DNA of 64,000 nucleotides from an uncultured delta proteobacterium (GTDB taxonomy: Bacteria; Desulfobacterota; Syntrophobacteria; BM002): contig CAVQGX010000021.1 in NCBI GenBank assembly GCA_963712115.1, forward strand, positions 32,001 through 96,000. Direction: 5' to 3'. Shown piece after piece: positions 20,539 to 30,745 of this stretch (position 1 is the first letter of the stretch; each line of letters begins with the position of its first letter). Position numbers and translations under genes: made by a program. The notes beneath the pieces were generated by a model. The model saw only the letters and a list, made by a program, of their open reading frames with translations. It had not been told where the DNA came from and did not search any database.

Positions 20539-21216
20539 ATGCGTCTCCTGTTGGTTGAGGATGATTTGAAGCTTGCCTCCTTCATATCAAAGGGACTCAG
20601 AGAGGCCGGCTTTGCCGTGGACCACTGCGCGGATGGAGAGGATGGCCTGCATATGGCCTCAACTGAACCTTACGATGCTGCCATTATTGACATAATGCTA
20701 CCCAAACTTGACGGTCTTTCTCTAATAGATGAACTGCGAAAGATTAAGAACAACACACCTGTAATTATTTTGAGCGCAAAACGCTCGGTAGATGATCGGA
20801 TCAGGGGACTGCAGGCGGGTGGCGACGATTATCTGGTCAAGCCTTTTTCTTTTGCTGAGCTTCTGGCACGGGTTCAGGCACTGGTCCGCAGGGCTAGCGG
20901 GACAGCAGAGCCTACCACCCTGGTAGTAGGTGACCTTTCCATGGATATTCGCACCCACAAGGTTGAGAGAGGGGGAAAGAAGATCGATCTCCCACCCCTG
21001 GAGTTCTCCCTACTCGAGTACCTTATGCGCAACGCAGGAAATGTCGTTTCCAAGACCATGATTATGGAACACGTCTGGGATTATAACTTCGACCCGCAGA
21101 CGAACGTGGTGGAGGTTCGCATATGTAAACTGCGGGAGAAGATTGATAAAGATTTTGAAGAGAAGCTGATTCATACCGTCTATGGAGCCGGTTATGTACT
21201 TGAGCAAGATTCTTAG
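20539..21216 (+). CDS. OmpR-family response regulator (CusR/CzcR-like)
   Basis: LLVEDD, IDIMLP, GGDDYLVKPFSFAELLAR, HVWDYNFDPQTNVVEVRI..LREKID, HTVYGAGY. Confidence 0.93.
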   Translation: MRLLLVEDDLKLASFISKGLREAGFAVDHCADGEDGLHMASTEPYDAAIIDIMLPKLDGLSLIDELRKIKNNTPVIILSAKRSVDDRIRGLQAGGDDYLVKPFSFAELLARVQALVRRASGTAEPTTLVVGDLSMDIRTHKVERGGKKIDLPPLEFSLLEYLMRNAGNVVSKTMIMEHVWDYNFDPQTNVVEVRICKLREKIDKDFEEKLIHTVYGAGYVLEQDS

Positions 21217-22627
21217 GCCCCCTAGCACGCTGGCGGCTCGATTAGCCCTCTGGTATGCGGGGATATTCACCATATCGACCCTCGTGGCCTTTGGGGCCTT
21301 CTACTTAGTGATCTCTACAGTGCTCAGTGAGCGTGGGGACCAGGACCTTATGAAAGATGTGCAAGAGTATTCCGCCATGCTAGCCGCAGAAGGGATTGAC
21401 AGGGTCAAGGCTGAGATGGCCTGGGAGGCTTTATCTGACGGCCAGGAACATATCTTTCTGCGTCTCCTATCTACGGATGGCAAGGAACTGGCCGCAACAG
21501 ACATGTCAGCCTGGCGGAGCGTAGGTACAGGTAGCAGTGCATTGGAGAAGTTGAAAAGGGGTGCAGATTACGTTCTAGAGACACTTGATCTCGCGGAACA
21601 GGAGTTTAAAGTTCGCACTGTCTACGGCAGCATCGGGCCTGACCTGGTTTTGCAGATAGGGGAGTCATTAGAGGAAGACACGGAATTTCTAGAATTACAT
21701 CGTACAGTATTTATCCCACTGATGGCTGTCATGGTAATCATTGCCGCTATAGTTGGTTGGCTCATGGCCAGACGTGCTTTGACCGGTGTTGAGGAGGTAA
21801 CTCAAACAGCAGTCCAGATTTCAAAGGGTGCATTAGACAAACGCGTTCCCTTTAAGGCCAGAGGCAACGAAATCGAACGCCTTGCAACTACTTTCAATTA
21901 CATGCTCGATCGCATCAATCTGTTGATCAAGGGAATGAGAGAGATGAGCGACAATATTGCTCACGACTTGAGAAGCCCCCTTGCAAGAATTCGCGGCGTT
22001 GCTGAAATGGCACTGACCAGCTCTGCCACTGAAGAAGAGCACAAAGCAATGGCCGGTAGCATGTTAGAGGAATGTGATCGTCTCTTGGGAATGATCAACG
22101 CCATGCTGGATATTGCAGAAGCTGAGTCAGGAGCAGGCGAGACTAAATTGGAAGAAGTTGACCTTGTCAACATAATACAACGTGCCTGTGAGTTATTTCA
22201 GGCTATAGCAGAGGAGAATTCGGTAACAATCGCTGCTGACTTACCTGAAAATTGTCTGGTCTACGGAGAGGCTAGAAAGTTTCAACGAATGGTTGCCAAT
22301 CTCCTCGACAATGCCTTGAAGTTCACTCCACCGCAAGGGACTGTGACGGTTTCGCTCAAAGCGGATAACGGGCAGGTCGCAATTTCAGTGAGCGATACTG
22401 GTATCGGCATATCTGAGGATGATCTCCCCCACATCTTTAAACGATTTTACCGGTGTGATAATAGTCGGGCACAGCAAGGTACCGGTCTTGGACTGAGCCT
22501 GGTTAAGGCACTTGCCGGATCCCTCGGTGGAAGTGTCAATGCTACAAGTCACCTTGGTGAAGGTAGCACCTTCACGGTAACCCTTCCTCAAATGCCTCTT
22601 TCTCACCAATTCCAGCCTGCTAGGTAG
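21194..22627 (+). CDS. HAMP-domain sensor histidine kinase (CusS/CzcS-like)
   Basis: Two TM helices, HAMP, H-box IAHDLRSPL, N-box NLLDNALKF, G1 DTGIGI, G2 GTGLGL. Confidence 0.93.
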   Translation: MYLSKILRPPSTLAARLALWYAGIFTISTLVAFGAFYLVISTVLSERGDQDLMKDVQEYSAMLAAEGIDRVKAEMAWEALSDGQEHIFLRLLSTDGKELAATDMSAWRSVGTGSSALEKLKRGADYVLETLDLAEQEFKVRTVYGSIGPDLVLQIGESLEEDTEFLELHRTVFIPLMAVMVIIAAIVGWLMARRALTGVEEVTQTAVQISKGALDKRVPFKARGNEIERLATTFNYMLDRINLLIKGMREMSDNIAHDLRSPLARIRGVAEMALTSSATEEEHKAMAGSMLEECDRLLGMINAMLDIAEAESGAGETKLEEVDLVNIIQRACELFQAIAEENSVTIAADLPENCLVYGEARKFQRMVANLLDNALKFTPPQGTVTVSLKADNGQVAISVSDTGIGISEDDLPHIFKRFYRCDNSRAQQGTGLGLSLVKALAGSLGGSVNATSHLGEGSTFTVTLPQMPLSHQFQPAR

Positions 22628-22713
22628 CATGTCCTTTGGCCCTCTTTTTGCAAGACGTATTCAAGGTAATCACCTTTGGCGCAGGAGGTAAAAAGCACAG
22701 CAGGAGGGGCACC

Positions 22714-23169
22714 ATGGCGCAAAAGATTTTGGTAGTGGATGATGAACCAACCGTAAGGGATTTTCTCAACGACTTCTTTACCGAAGAGGGCTATAAGGTA
22801 TTACAGGCCTCAAACGGCGAGCAAGCCATACTCTTGGCGGAAATAGAGAGTCCGGAAGTAATTCTGTTGGACATACATATGCCCGGTATTGATGGCATAG
22901 AAGTTTGCAAGAGATTAAAAGCGCAGAAAAAAACTCGCTACATTCCAATCATCATAATAACTGGCCTCGATGACAGAGGTTTCATAGCCTATCTAGAGGG
23001 AGCCGATGATTTTGTCACCAAACCTTTCAATCCTGTTGAACTTACTTTTCGGGTAAGGTCGATGCACCGCATCAGGCGACTGAATACAGAGCTTCTCCTT
23101 GCCCAGGGTTACATAGGGCAACTAGAAAAAGAACTTTTCAAGCTTCAAGGAAGCGACTCCATAGATTGA
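22714..23169 (+). CDS. Single-domain response regulator (receiver plus short coiled coil)
   Basis: ILVVDDE, LLDIHMPGIDG, GADDFVTKPF; RBS aggagg. Confidence 0.88.
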   Translation: MAQKILVVDDEPTVRDFLNDFFTEEGYKVLQASNGEQAILLAEIESPEVILLDIHMPGIDGIEVCKRLKAQKKTRYIPIIIITGLDDRGFIAYLEGADDFVTKPFNPVELTFRVRSMHRIRRLNTELLLAQGYIGQLEKELFKLQGSDSID

Positions 23170-23261
23170 TCGTCATTATTATCAAGACTAACACCAGCTC
23201 GCTCTCTACCAGAGTGAGCCTGAGCCGCGGTTTTTCTTGACCCGTCTTTTGTCTGTCACAC

Positions 23262-23312
23262 AAAAAAGCCTCTTGGAGAAGCACACTTTCGCTAGCTCCA
23301 AGAGGCTAAAAA
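23262..23312. terminator. Probable bidirectional terminator between convergent genes
   Basis: aaaaaaagcctcttggag...ctccaagaggctaaaaa inverted repeat with A/T tails. Confidence 0.55.
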
Positions 23313-23359
23313 TATCTCGCTCTCAGCCGTCCCGGATATTATAAACATGCAATTATAAA

Positions 23360-23422
23360 CTGACCGCTGATTGCTGATAGCTGATCACGCTCATCCGAAA
23401 ACAGCGTATTCGGATGAGCACT
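23360..23422. repeat. Repeat element (ctgatag 7-mers plus gctcatccgaa...ttcggatgagc hairpin); inverted copy at 27560-27625
   Basis: The reverse complement tgctcatccgaatacgctgttttcggatgagcgtgatcagctatcagc matches tgctcatccgaaaacggccgttttcagatgagcgcgatcagctatcagc at 27562. Confidence 0.75.
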
Positions 23423-23443
23423 AACTAGAAAATCTGTGAATTT

Positions 23444-23713
23444 CTATTTCACTGCATCCTTTAAAGCCTTTCCCGCGACAAATCGGGGAGCCTTGCGTGC
23501 CGCAATGTGAAGCGGTGCGCCGGTCTGAGGATTCCTCCCCTGCCTCGCCTTCCTTTGTTGAACCTTGAAAGTTCCGAAACCTACCAGGGTAACCGCCTGA
23601 CCCCTTCTCAATGCTCCGGTGATAGCAGAGAAAACGCGGTCTACCGCAGCCTGGGCCTCTTTTTTTGTCTTGACCACCTTGGCTACCTCATTAACCAGAT
23701 CGGCCTTATTCAT
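23444..23713 (-). CDS. hup: DNA-binding protein HU
   Basis: [34 protein letters not shown]. Confidence 0.96.
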   Translation of the reverse strand: MNKADLVNEVAKVVKTKKEAQAAVDRVFSAITGALRRGQAVTLVGFGTFKVQQRKARQGRNPQTGAPLHIAARKAPRFVAGKALKDAVK

Positions 23714-23951
23714 GTCCTCCTCCTGTGCTAAGGTTTAACGCCGAGCGCTAATTTGGAGGACATATAGCGGGTTGTGAGATGTTTGTCAATAGCGGGTCTA
23801 TTTCGAGGGCCTATAATATTAGCTCGAAAAGTCGAAAAAATAGGTTGGATGGGTATGAAGATCTTGACAAGAATTATAGTTTGTGCTAAAAATCACTTTC
23901 ACTTATTCGATAAGTAGTGCCACTAATGAGGTGGATAAAATGGAGGTGGGA

Positions 23952-24473
23952 ATGGGTGCAGCCTTGGAAGTCTTGAAATTTAAGTGGTTTATAATGAGTC
24001 GTTTCTTCAGATATTTTTTGTGGATAGTTTTGGGTTCAAACATCTTGTGGTATTTTTTCGGTTCTATCTGGCCTTACTATTGGAATATGCTTGCATCTTT
24101 GCTCATTCCTTTCGGTGTGTGTCTGATCACCAGCAGATCCACCGATGAAGCCGCCAGCTGCCTTTGTGGTTGGGGGCGAGAAGATACGTCCCAACAAGAT
24201 TGGCTTGCTGGAGAGATGAATAAGATTCGATTACTCAAGGGGCAGCGAAATTTTGACAAGGCTTTTGCCTTAGTAAATGATTTGCTGGATAAGGTACCTA
24301 ATTTCCCCGAAGCCCTCTATCTCAAAGGACATTTGCTCTGGGAAGGATTCAAGAACCCTTGGGCTGCGGAGAAGTGTTTCAGGAGAGTTGTCGAGCTGAC
24401 CGAAGATAACCAGCCAGTCCACAGGTGGGCTTCGAGCTGCCTTTCGGGCCTCTACAGCAAAGTTAGCTATTAA
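23952..24473 (+). CDS. Membrane-anchored TPR-containing hypothetical protein
   Basis: Two hydrophobic N-terminal segments, then TPR-like PNFPEALYLKGHLLW...AEKCFRRVVEL; start uncertain. Confidence 0.6.
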   Translation: MGAALEVLKFKWFIMSRFFRYFLWIVLGSNILWYFFGSIWPYYWNMLASLLIPFGVCLITSRSTDEAASCLCGWGREDTSQQDWLAGEMNKIRLLKGQRNFDKAFALVNDLLDKVPNFPEALYLKGHLLWEGFKNPWAAEKCFRRVVELTEDNQPVHRWASSCLSGLYSKVSY

Positions 24474-24485
24474 GGGATGGGGGGA

Positions 24486-25874
24486 TTACTGCTCTCGCAA
24501 GGCTGCGATGAGTTCTCGCACCATTGCCTTGCCGTCGCCATAGAGCATGAGAGCATTGGGGGCGGCAAAAAGGGGATTAGGAATACCGGCAAATCCAGGG
24601 CTCAAACTCCTTTTGATGATCATCACCGTTTGAGCCTTGTCTACATCCATAATAGGCATGCCGTAAATAGGGCTGGTTTTATCCTCTCGTGCAGAGGGGT
24701 TGACCACGTCATTGGCTCCGATGACCAGAGCCACATCAGCTTCCGGAAAACTGTCATTAATATCTTCTAAAGCAAAAAGCTGATCATAAGGGACGTCTGC
24801 TTCTGCTAGAAGCACGTTCATGTGACCTGGCATGCGACCGGCCACCGGATGAATTGCATAGCGAACCTCTGCCCCTTTCTCCTGAAGAAGGTTGGCCAGA
24901 TCTCGGACCGAATGCTGTGCCTGGGCTACGGCCATGCCATATCCTGGCACAATAATTACCAACCGTGCCGTTTCGAAGATCATGGCCGCTTCTTCAGCGC
25001 TGGCACTCTTGACTTTGCCTCCGTATACCTCATCAGCAGAGGCGGTTTCTGCAGTGGGTCCAAGGGTGCCGAATAACACGTGGGTCAACGACCTGTTCAT
25101 AGCTTTGCACATTATACTGGTCAGGATCAGTCCTGAGGCACCTACCAGAGAACCGGCGATGATCAGTACGTTGTTGCCGAGCACAAATCCAGTAGCGCAG
25201 GCTGCCAGCCCAGAGTAGGAATTGAGCAAAGCAATGACCACCGGCATGTCTGCACCACCAATCGGTACAGTGATCATCACCCCGAGAACCGAGGCCACAG
25301 CCACGAGCAACCAATAGGCCCAGAAACCCGTAGGGTTAATTACCACAAGTGCCCCCAGAGCCATGGCTGACAAAAACAGGGTTCCGTTGATTGTTTTCTG
25401 TAAGGAATCGCTTTTGGGCTGCCAGCGGAGTACTCCCTGCAATTTTCCCCAGGCCACCATACTACCGGTAAAAGTAGCAGCACCAATAAGACCACTGGCT
25501 GCAGTGGCCACATAGAGCTGGGTTGGCGGTACGTTGGTAAGATTACCAGGGGCGAGCAAGGCAGTTGCGGCAACCAAAGCAGAGGCGCCACCGCCAAACC
25601 CATTGAACGCTGCGACCATCTGTGGCATGGCGGTCATCTCTACTTTGAGGGCCAGATAAGTACCTATGGCTCCTCCTACGACCAGGCCGATGATGATGAG
25701 TTGAAAAGTAACGATTTGCTGGTCCAGCAGGGTGGCCACCACGGCAAGGAGCATGCCGAGAGCACCGATCATATTACCGCGAGGTGCAGTACGGGGAGAG
25801 GCCAGACCTTTGAGACCCAGAATGAAGCAAACCGAGGCAACCAGGTAAACTATGTTGATCAGGCTAATTCCCAT
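24486..25874 (-). CDS. pntB: NAD(P) transhydrogenase subunit beta
   Basis: MPQMVAAFNG, IGGADMPVVI, VPGYGMAVAQAQH, HPVAGRMPGHMNVLLAEA, GANDVVNP. Confidence 0.97.
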   Translation of the reverse strand: MGISLINIVYLVASVCFILGLKGLASPRTAPRGNMIGALGMLLAVVATLLDQQIVTFQLIIIGLVVGGAIGTYLALKVEMTAMPQMVAAFNGFGGGASALVAATALLAPGNLTNVPPTQLYVATAASGLIGAATFTGSMVAWGKLQGVLRWQPKSDSLQKTINGTLFLSAMALGALVVINPTGFWAYWLLVAVASVLGVMITVPIGGADMPVVIALLNSYSGLAACATGFVLGNNVLIIAGSLVGASGLILTSIMCKAMNRSLTHVLFGTLGPTAETASADEVYGGKVKSASAEEAAMIFETARLVIIVPGYGMAVAQAQHSVRDLANLLQEKGAEVRYAIHPVAGRMPGHMNVLLAEADVPYDQLFALEDINDSFPEADVALVIGANDVVNPSAREDKTSPIYGMPIMDVDKAQTVMIIKRSLSPGFAGIPNPLFAAPNALMLYGDGKAMVRELIAALREQ

Positions 25875-26155
25875 TATTTTTTCTTCTTAAACATCAAGAG
25901 CATCCGATTGGTGACCAAAAAGCCTCCCACCACATTGATGGTGGCCATGATAACCGCTGCACAACCGAGGACAGCGGCTATGGTAGATTCCTTTGAGCCC
26001 GCTGCCACAAGAGCCCCAACCACAGTGATACCGGAGATGGCATTGGCTCCTGACATGAGGGGGGTGTGCAGAGTGGGGGGTACTTTGGTGATTACCTCGA
26101 AGCCAACAAATATGGCGAGGACAAAGACGGTAATATAAATGATGAAAGCTTCCAT
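25874..26155 (-). CDS. pntAb: NAD(P) transhydrogenase subunit alpha part 2 (membrane)
   Basis: VPPTLHTPLMSGANAISG, INVVGGFLVT.RML. Confidence 0.95.
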   Translation of the reverse strand: MEAFIIYITVFVLAIFVGFEVITKVPPTLHTPLMSGANAISGITVVGALVAAGSKESTIAAVLGCAAVIMATINVVGGFLVTNRMLLMFKKKK

Positions 26156-26167
26156 GATTATTTCTTT

Positions 26168-27323
26168 CTATCCCAGAGCATTCAAGACGGCCTGATGAAC
26201 CAACTTTCCTCCGTGAGCTACCATTGCTCCTTTGGTAATTTCGTCCTCAAGATCCAGTTCCAGCTCTTCCTTCCTTGACCATGTGAAGGAGAAAAGTTGA
26301 GATGTTTTTGGCATACATCTGGCTCGCATGCACGGGAACTTGTGCCGAAATATTCAGTGGCCCAATGACAATCACACCTTTATGGACAATCTTTTCACCC
26401 GGCTTGGTGACGGCACAATTGCCGCCTTTGTCGGCAGCTATATCGACAATAACCGACCCTGGTCGCATGGAGGCCACCACTTCTTCTGAAATTAAAACCG
26501 GAGATTTCTTTCCCGGAACCGCCGCAGTGGTGATGACCACGTCTGAGTTCTTGATGCGTTCGGCCATGAGTTCTTGCTGCCGCTGGTAGAAGTCTTCTGA
26601 TTGGGCCTTAGCATAACCCCCTGAATCTTGAGCTTCCTCGGTTGCTAGTTCTAACTGAACAAATTTGGCTCCTAAACTTTCCACTTCTTCCTTTACCACT
26701 GGGCGGATGTCAAAAGCCTCTACCACAGCACCTAAACGACGGGCGGTGGCAATAGCCTGCAGTCCTGCCACGCCAGCGCCAAGTATAAAAACACGGGAGG
26801 GAGTAATGGTGCCAGCAGCTGTCATGAACATAGGGAATAGTTTGGGGGAAGCATCAGCCGCAGCCAGCACCGCCTTGTATCCGGCAATAGTTGCCATGGA
26901 ACTGAGGGCATCCATACTTTGGGCCCGGGTGGTGCGAGGCATGAGCTCCATGGAAAAGACGGTGAGCTTACGCTCAGCCAGCTCCTTCATGATCTCCGGC
27001 TGGGCCAAAGGTTCGGTGAAAGAAATGAGAGTGGCGCCTTCCTTTAGTGCATCAAGGTCGGCAGCTGGAAAATCAGGGTAAGATCCCGGCCCCCGAACCA
27101 TGAGGACTATGTCTGCCTGGGCCAGGAGACTATGGCGATCTTGTTCAACCCGGGCGCCTTGGGCCTCAAAGTCCTTGTCTGCACTATTAGCGGACTCACC
27201 AGCCCCTGCCTCAATTGCCACTTCAAGACCTGCCTTGATCAAAGCAGGAACTGTTTGGGGAATGAGCGCTACTCGTCTTTCTCCCGGATAGATTTCTTTG
27301 GGGACAGCAACTAACATTTTCAT
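26168..27323 (-). CDS. pntAa: NAD(P) transhydrogenase subunit alpha part 1; apparent frameshift near 26270
   Basis: VPKE..ERRVA, RAQSMDALSSM, GAGVAGL, GGYAK; the alternate frame supplies the expected tail ELELDLEDEITKGAMVAHGGKLVHQ...* ending at 26168. Confidence 0.93.
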
Positions 27324-27720
27324 TCTTCTGAGGATTAGTTGCAAGATCTAAAAGCAGCTATCGAAAATAGTAGGATTTCTTGAAAGGGTCAACCATTAAA
27401 TTGACCAAATGAACGTTTTTTTCTTTGAAGTTACAGATAGTTAACAGTTTCACAAACAGTTTTAGCTTTACTTACAAAACCTTCTGTCCGGAAAAAGAGG
27501 TTTTAGGTTTTAACCAATTACCTATTACCTATCACCCATAACCTTAGACAGGCTTAATTAATGCTCATCCGAAAACGGCCGTTTTCAGATGAGCGCGATC
27601 AGCTATCAGCGCTCAGCCATCAGAAAAACACATGTAAACAGAACATATTAAACTGATCCCGCCTGGGCGGGACTGAATGCTGACAGCTCTATCCGGAAAT
27701 CTCGGATTTCCGGATGGAGA

Positions 27721-28305
27721 TTAATTACAGCTCCCTTTTTTGGCGAACTCACTGAAGGAGATCTGAGTTTCGTAGCACTTTTGATCGATGTAATCCAAGA
27801 CAGGCATGAACTGATGGGGAGGAACAAAACCGGAGAGCATAGTTATGGGCTGGCCCTTGGAGTCCAGGAAGACGAGAGATGGGTAAGCATTTATGCCGAA
27901 AGCCTGAGTCAGCTCGACATTTGACAAGGATTTGCCGTTGTAACGAACCCGGCTTTCTGAGTTTTCCGCGTTGAGACGCACGTAGACGAAATTCTCTGAG
28001 AGCATCCTGGCGACCTTTTGGTCCTTTATGGTCTCTTGCTGGAACTTTTTGCAGAAAATGCACCATTCAGCATAGAACTCAACGAAAATGGGCTTGTTTT
28101 CAGTTCTACCCTTGGCAAGACCGTCGTCGAAAGCAAGCCATTTAGTGGGCAAATCTTTTTGCTGCCTCTCTGAGGCGTTAGCTTGCTCTCTCGCGGTATC
28201 GTCCCTGGCACAGGAAGGGCCGGCTATAAGAAGTGATGCTAGGAGCAAAAGGGTGAGGGCATAACGTAAAAGGGGCATAACGAGTTGTTTTTCATGTGTT
28301 TTCAT
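27721..28305 (-). CDS. Exported thioredoxin-fold protein (SoxW/DsbD-gamma-like)
   Basis: Hydrophobic leader, EFYAEWCIFC, AYPSLVF. Confidence 0.82.
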   Translation of the reverse strand: MKTHEKQLVMPLLRYALTLLLLASLLIAGPSCARDDTAREQANASERQQKDLPTKWLAFDDGLAKGRTENKPIFVEFYAEWCIFCKKFQQETIKDQKVARMLSENFVYVRLNAENSESRVRYNGKSLSNVELTQAFGINAYPSLVFLDSKGQPITMLSGFVPPHQFMPVLDYIDQKCYETQISFSEFAKKGSCN

Positions 28306-28399
28306 CTAATATGCCGTTTCCATTTTAGCAAGCCGGGCTAGATAAACTTTAGATTAGATAGAAGATAAGCAGCGTGGTTGATCTTTGCAAGAAAGCAAG

Positions 28400-29020
28400 T
28401 CAAAACTCACCCTTGCCGTAAAGGGCCACTATTCCTTGGGAGGCCAAGTCGGGGATGAGGAGTCCCAGCCCTTGGTAGCGCGGCAGTATTTTGTTGAATC
28501 CATAAACTAAATACAGTGCCTTTGGTTTGGCCTCCGCGGCTATTTTGGCAGCAAATAGATCGTGGAGGGTTATGTATGTGTAAAAGATATCGATTTTTTC
28601 AAAGCTGACGTTGACGGTGCTCTCTATTTGTTCATAAGTGGCAGACTCTAAAGAATTTCCTCGGAAAAGTGTAATATTGTCAATTGGTTGTATCAGTTTT
28701 GCCCTCCGGAGTTTGTGGACGAGTTCTTCTTTTCTGGGGTTGTACTCGGCAAGTATTTCAGGGTCAATTTCGATGCCCACAGAGAGCTTGACAAAATAGC
28801 TCATCAAGACGTTTACTCTACCATCAGCACAACCCAGATCTAGAAAAAGGGTATGGTTGGGATCAATGAGGCCGAGACCTAACAGTTCATCTATGCACCT
28901 TGCGAACTTTACCAGGTCTGTAGATTTACGGTAACCTTCATGGCCTACATAGCCGATCTTGCAAGCGTCATAGTATCTGGCGATGAGGTCTACGGTCTCG
29001 CTCAAACGGTGGTTGTCCAT
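28400..29020 (-). CDS. Class I SAM-dependent methyltransferase-like protein
   Basis: FLDLGCADG motif I, VGIEID motif II, FRGNS. Confidence 0.65.
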   Translation of the reverse strand: MDNHRLSETVDLIARYYDACKIGYVGHEGYRKSTDLVKFARCIDELLGLGLIDPNHTLFLDLGCADGRVNVLMSYFVKLSVGIEIDPEILAEYNPRKEELVHKLRRAKLIQPIDNITLFRGNSLESATYEQIESTVNVSFEKIDIFYTYITLHDLFAAKIAAEAKPKALYLVYGFNKILPRYQGLGLLIPDLASQGIVALYGKGEF

Positions 29021-29069
29021 AGAGTCTGCTACCCTCTGCTACCATCATTCCAATCTTCCAGTATTCCAC

Positions 29070-29591
29070 TTAGGGCTTAGCCCTAAGTCGCTTTTTGATT
29101 GCCTCATGGAGAAAGAACAACGTATCTAACTCTTCTCCGGCACAGGTTTGCAGGGCAATTAACTCTTCTCTAGTCAGCTTGTTTTGCAATTTATCGCAGA
29201 TGTAGTTTACGCAAAGCACGTGACGGGCTGTAAGCTTACAACCTTTTTTTCCGAGAAAAAAACAGCTGTTGCCAAGAGGTTCATGATTTTGCAGGGAACA
29301 ATCCAAAAGGAGATTTATTAGCAGAAGTACTACGTCATACTTATTCTCTATACCGGAGCCGCAACAACTTCCCCCTTCCTTTTCCTCGCAGTTTTTACAT
29401 TCTGCTACAACCCCGAGGGTCAACATGCTCTGGTTAGTATTGTCTATGCAGTCTCGGAGCTTTTGCAGGAGGTCACCTATTGAAGGATCTTCTGCGAGTG
29501 AACTGCCACAGGTTCCGAATAGATTGTGGGCTTGCTCAATCTTTTCCTCTATGGCTCGAGGGTTGGCCTGACCATGGCTTTGTTCACTCAT
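29070..29591 (-). CDS. Cys-rich protein, YkgJ/CxxCxxCC-like (putative Fe-S/Zn)
   Basis: CKNC-x6-CC ... CFFLGKKGC ... RHVLCVNYIC. Confidence 0.6.
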   Translation of the reverse strand: MSEQSHGQANPRAIEEKIEQAHNLFGTCGSSLAEDPSIGDLLQKLRDCIDNTNQSMLTLGVVAECKNCEEKEGGSCCGSGIENKYDVVLLLINLLLDCSLQNHEPLGNSCFFLGKKGCKLTARHVLCVNYICDKLQNKLTREELIALQTCAGEELDTLFFLHEAIKKRLRAKP

Positions 29592-29679
29592 GAATCTTCG
29601 CTCACTTTTAATGTGGGGCCATAGAACATACCTGAATCGGGCTGCTTTTGGAATGCCAAAGTATTACCTTCATTGTGGG

Positions 29680-29836
29680 TTCAGGTTTCAGCGCGGATGG
29701 AGGTTTCAGTGTTCAGTGTTCAGGTTTCAGCTTCTATGTTTCTCTTTCCTGACACCTGAAACCTGAAACCAGAAACCCAAAGCCCTGAAACCCGACACCT
29801 GAAACCTAAAGCCCTGAAACCCTGAGATTTGGTGCT
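29680..29836. repeat. Composite 7-mer repeat element (ggtttca/ctgaaac family), copy 2 of 3, expanded
   Basis: ttcagtgttcagtgttcaggtttcagc...cctgacacctgaaacctgaaaccagaaaccc...ccctgagatttggtgct. Confidence 0.8.
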
Positions 29837-29875
29837 TGAAGTTTGCGATTTCATTGCTCCATTACTCTAGAGTGT

Positions 29876-30742
29876 TTACTTGGCAATCAGAGAACGAAGC
29901 ACTCTCAGGTTCTTCTTGTCTTCTTTCAGATCTTGTCCCTTAGGCGTTTCCAGCACCATGGGGTGGTCTTGGAAACGTGGATCGTTCAGGAGCAGACGAA
30001 AGCCCTTCAAGCCTATTTCCCCTTTGCCAATGTGTTCGTGGCGATCCACCCGCGAACCCAAAGGCCGCTTGGAGTCGTTGAGGTGAAAGAATTTAAGTCG
30101 CTGCAAGCCGATTATCTGATCAAAGAGGGAGAAGGTCTCCTTATAGGTTTCAGGGGTGCGAAGGTCATAGCCGGCAGCAAAGGCATGGGAGGTATCGAAG
30201 CAGACTCCTAGACGGTCTTTGTATTGAGACTTCCTCAAGATGAAGGCAATCTCGTCGAATTTGGAGCCCAAATTCGTGCCTTGTCCTGCCGTGCTCTCTA
30301 TGAGTACCGATACAGTGCTGGTTCCCGAGAGACTTATGGCGGAGTCCAGGTTACGGACGAAGCATTCGAGGCCGGCTTCCACACCTTGACCCCGATGGGA
30401 CCCAGGGTGAGTGATAAGAAAGGGAATTTTCAGTGCGGCAGCTCGCACCAGTTCATCGGCAAAAGCAGTTACTGATTTCTCAACTGTTGCTTGGTCTGGG
30501 GCGGCCAAATTAATGAGATAAGAATCGTGGGCTGCCACAACCATCCGGTGGTTCTTTTGCCATTGCAGACGAAAGTCTTCAATCATTTGGGCAGTAAGAG
30601 GAGGAGTCTTCCACTGCCTCTGGTTACTGAGAAAGATCTGCAAGGCTTCACCTTTAACCTTTAGGATTCGGGTGAAAGCCAGATGCAGGCCGCCGGCAAT
30701 GGACATATGAGCTCCTAGCAAGGGCACCTCAGTATCCTCCAA
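29876..30742 (-). CDS. nfo: Endonuclease IV
   Basis: LGAHMSIAGG, HDSYLINL, HPGS, ESTAGQG, CFDTSH, HLNDSK, DRHEHIG.G.IG, LETP. Confidence 0.96.
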   Translation of the reverse strand: MEDTEVPLLGAHMSIAGGLHLAFTRILKVKGEALQIFLSNQRQWKTPPLTAQMIEDFRLQWQKNHRMVVAAHDSYLINLAAPDQATVEKSVTAFADELVRAAALKIPFLITHPGSHRGQGVEAGLECFVRNLDSAISLSGTSTVSVLIESTAGQGTNLGSKFDEIAFILRKSQYKDRLGVCFDTSHAFAAGYDLRTPETYKETFSLFDQIIGLQRLKFFHLNDSKRPLGSRVDRHEHIGKGEIGLKGFRLLLNDPRFQDHPMVLETPKGQDLKEDKKNLRVLRSLIAK

Positions 30743-30745
30743 GAT

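Noticed and set aside
29680-29836. CRISPR array in the repeat-rich spacers
   Set aside because: Units are 7-nt tandem repeats without unique spacers, and no cas genes are present
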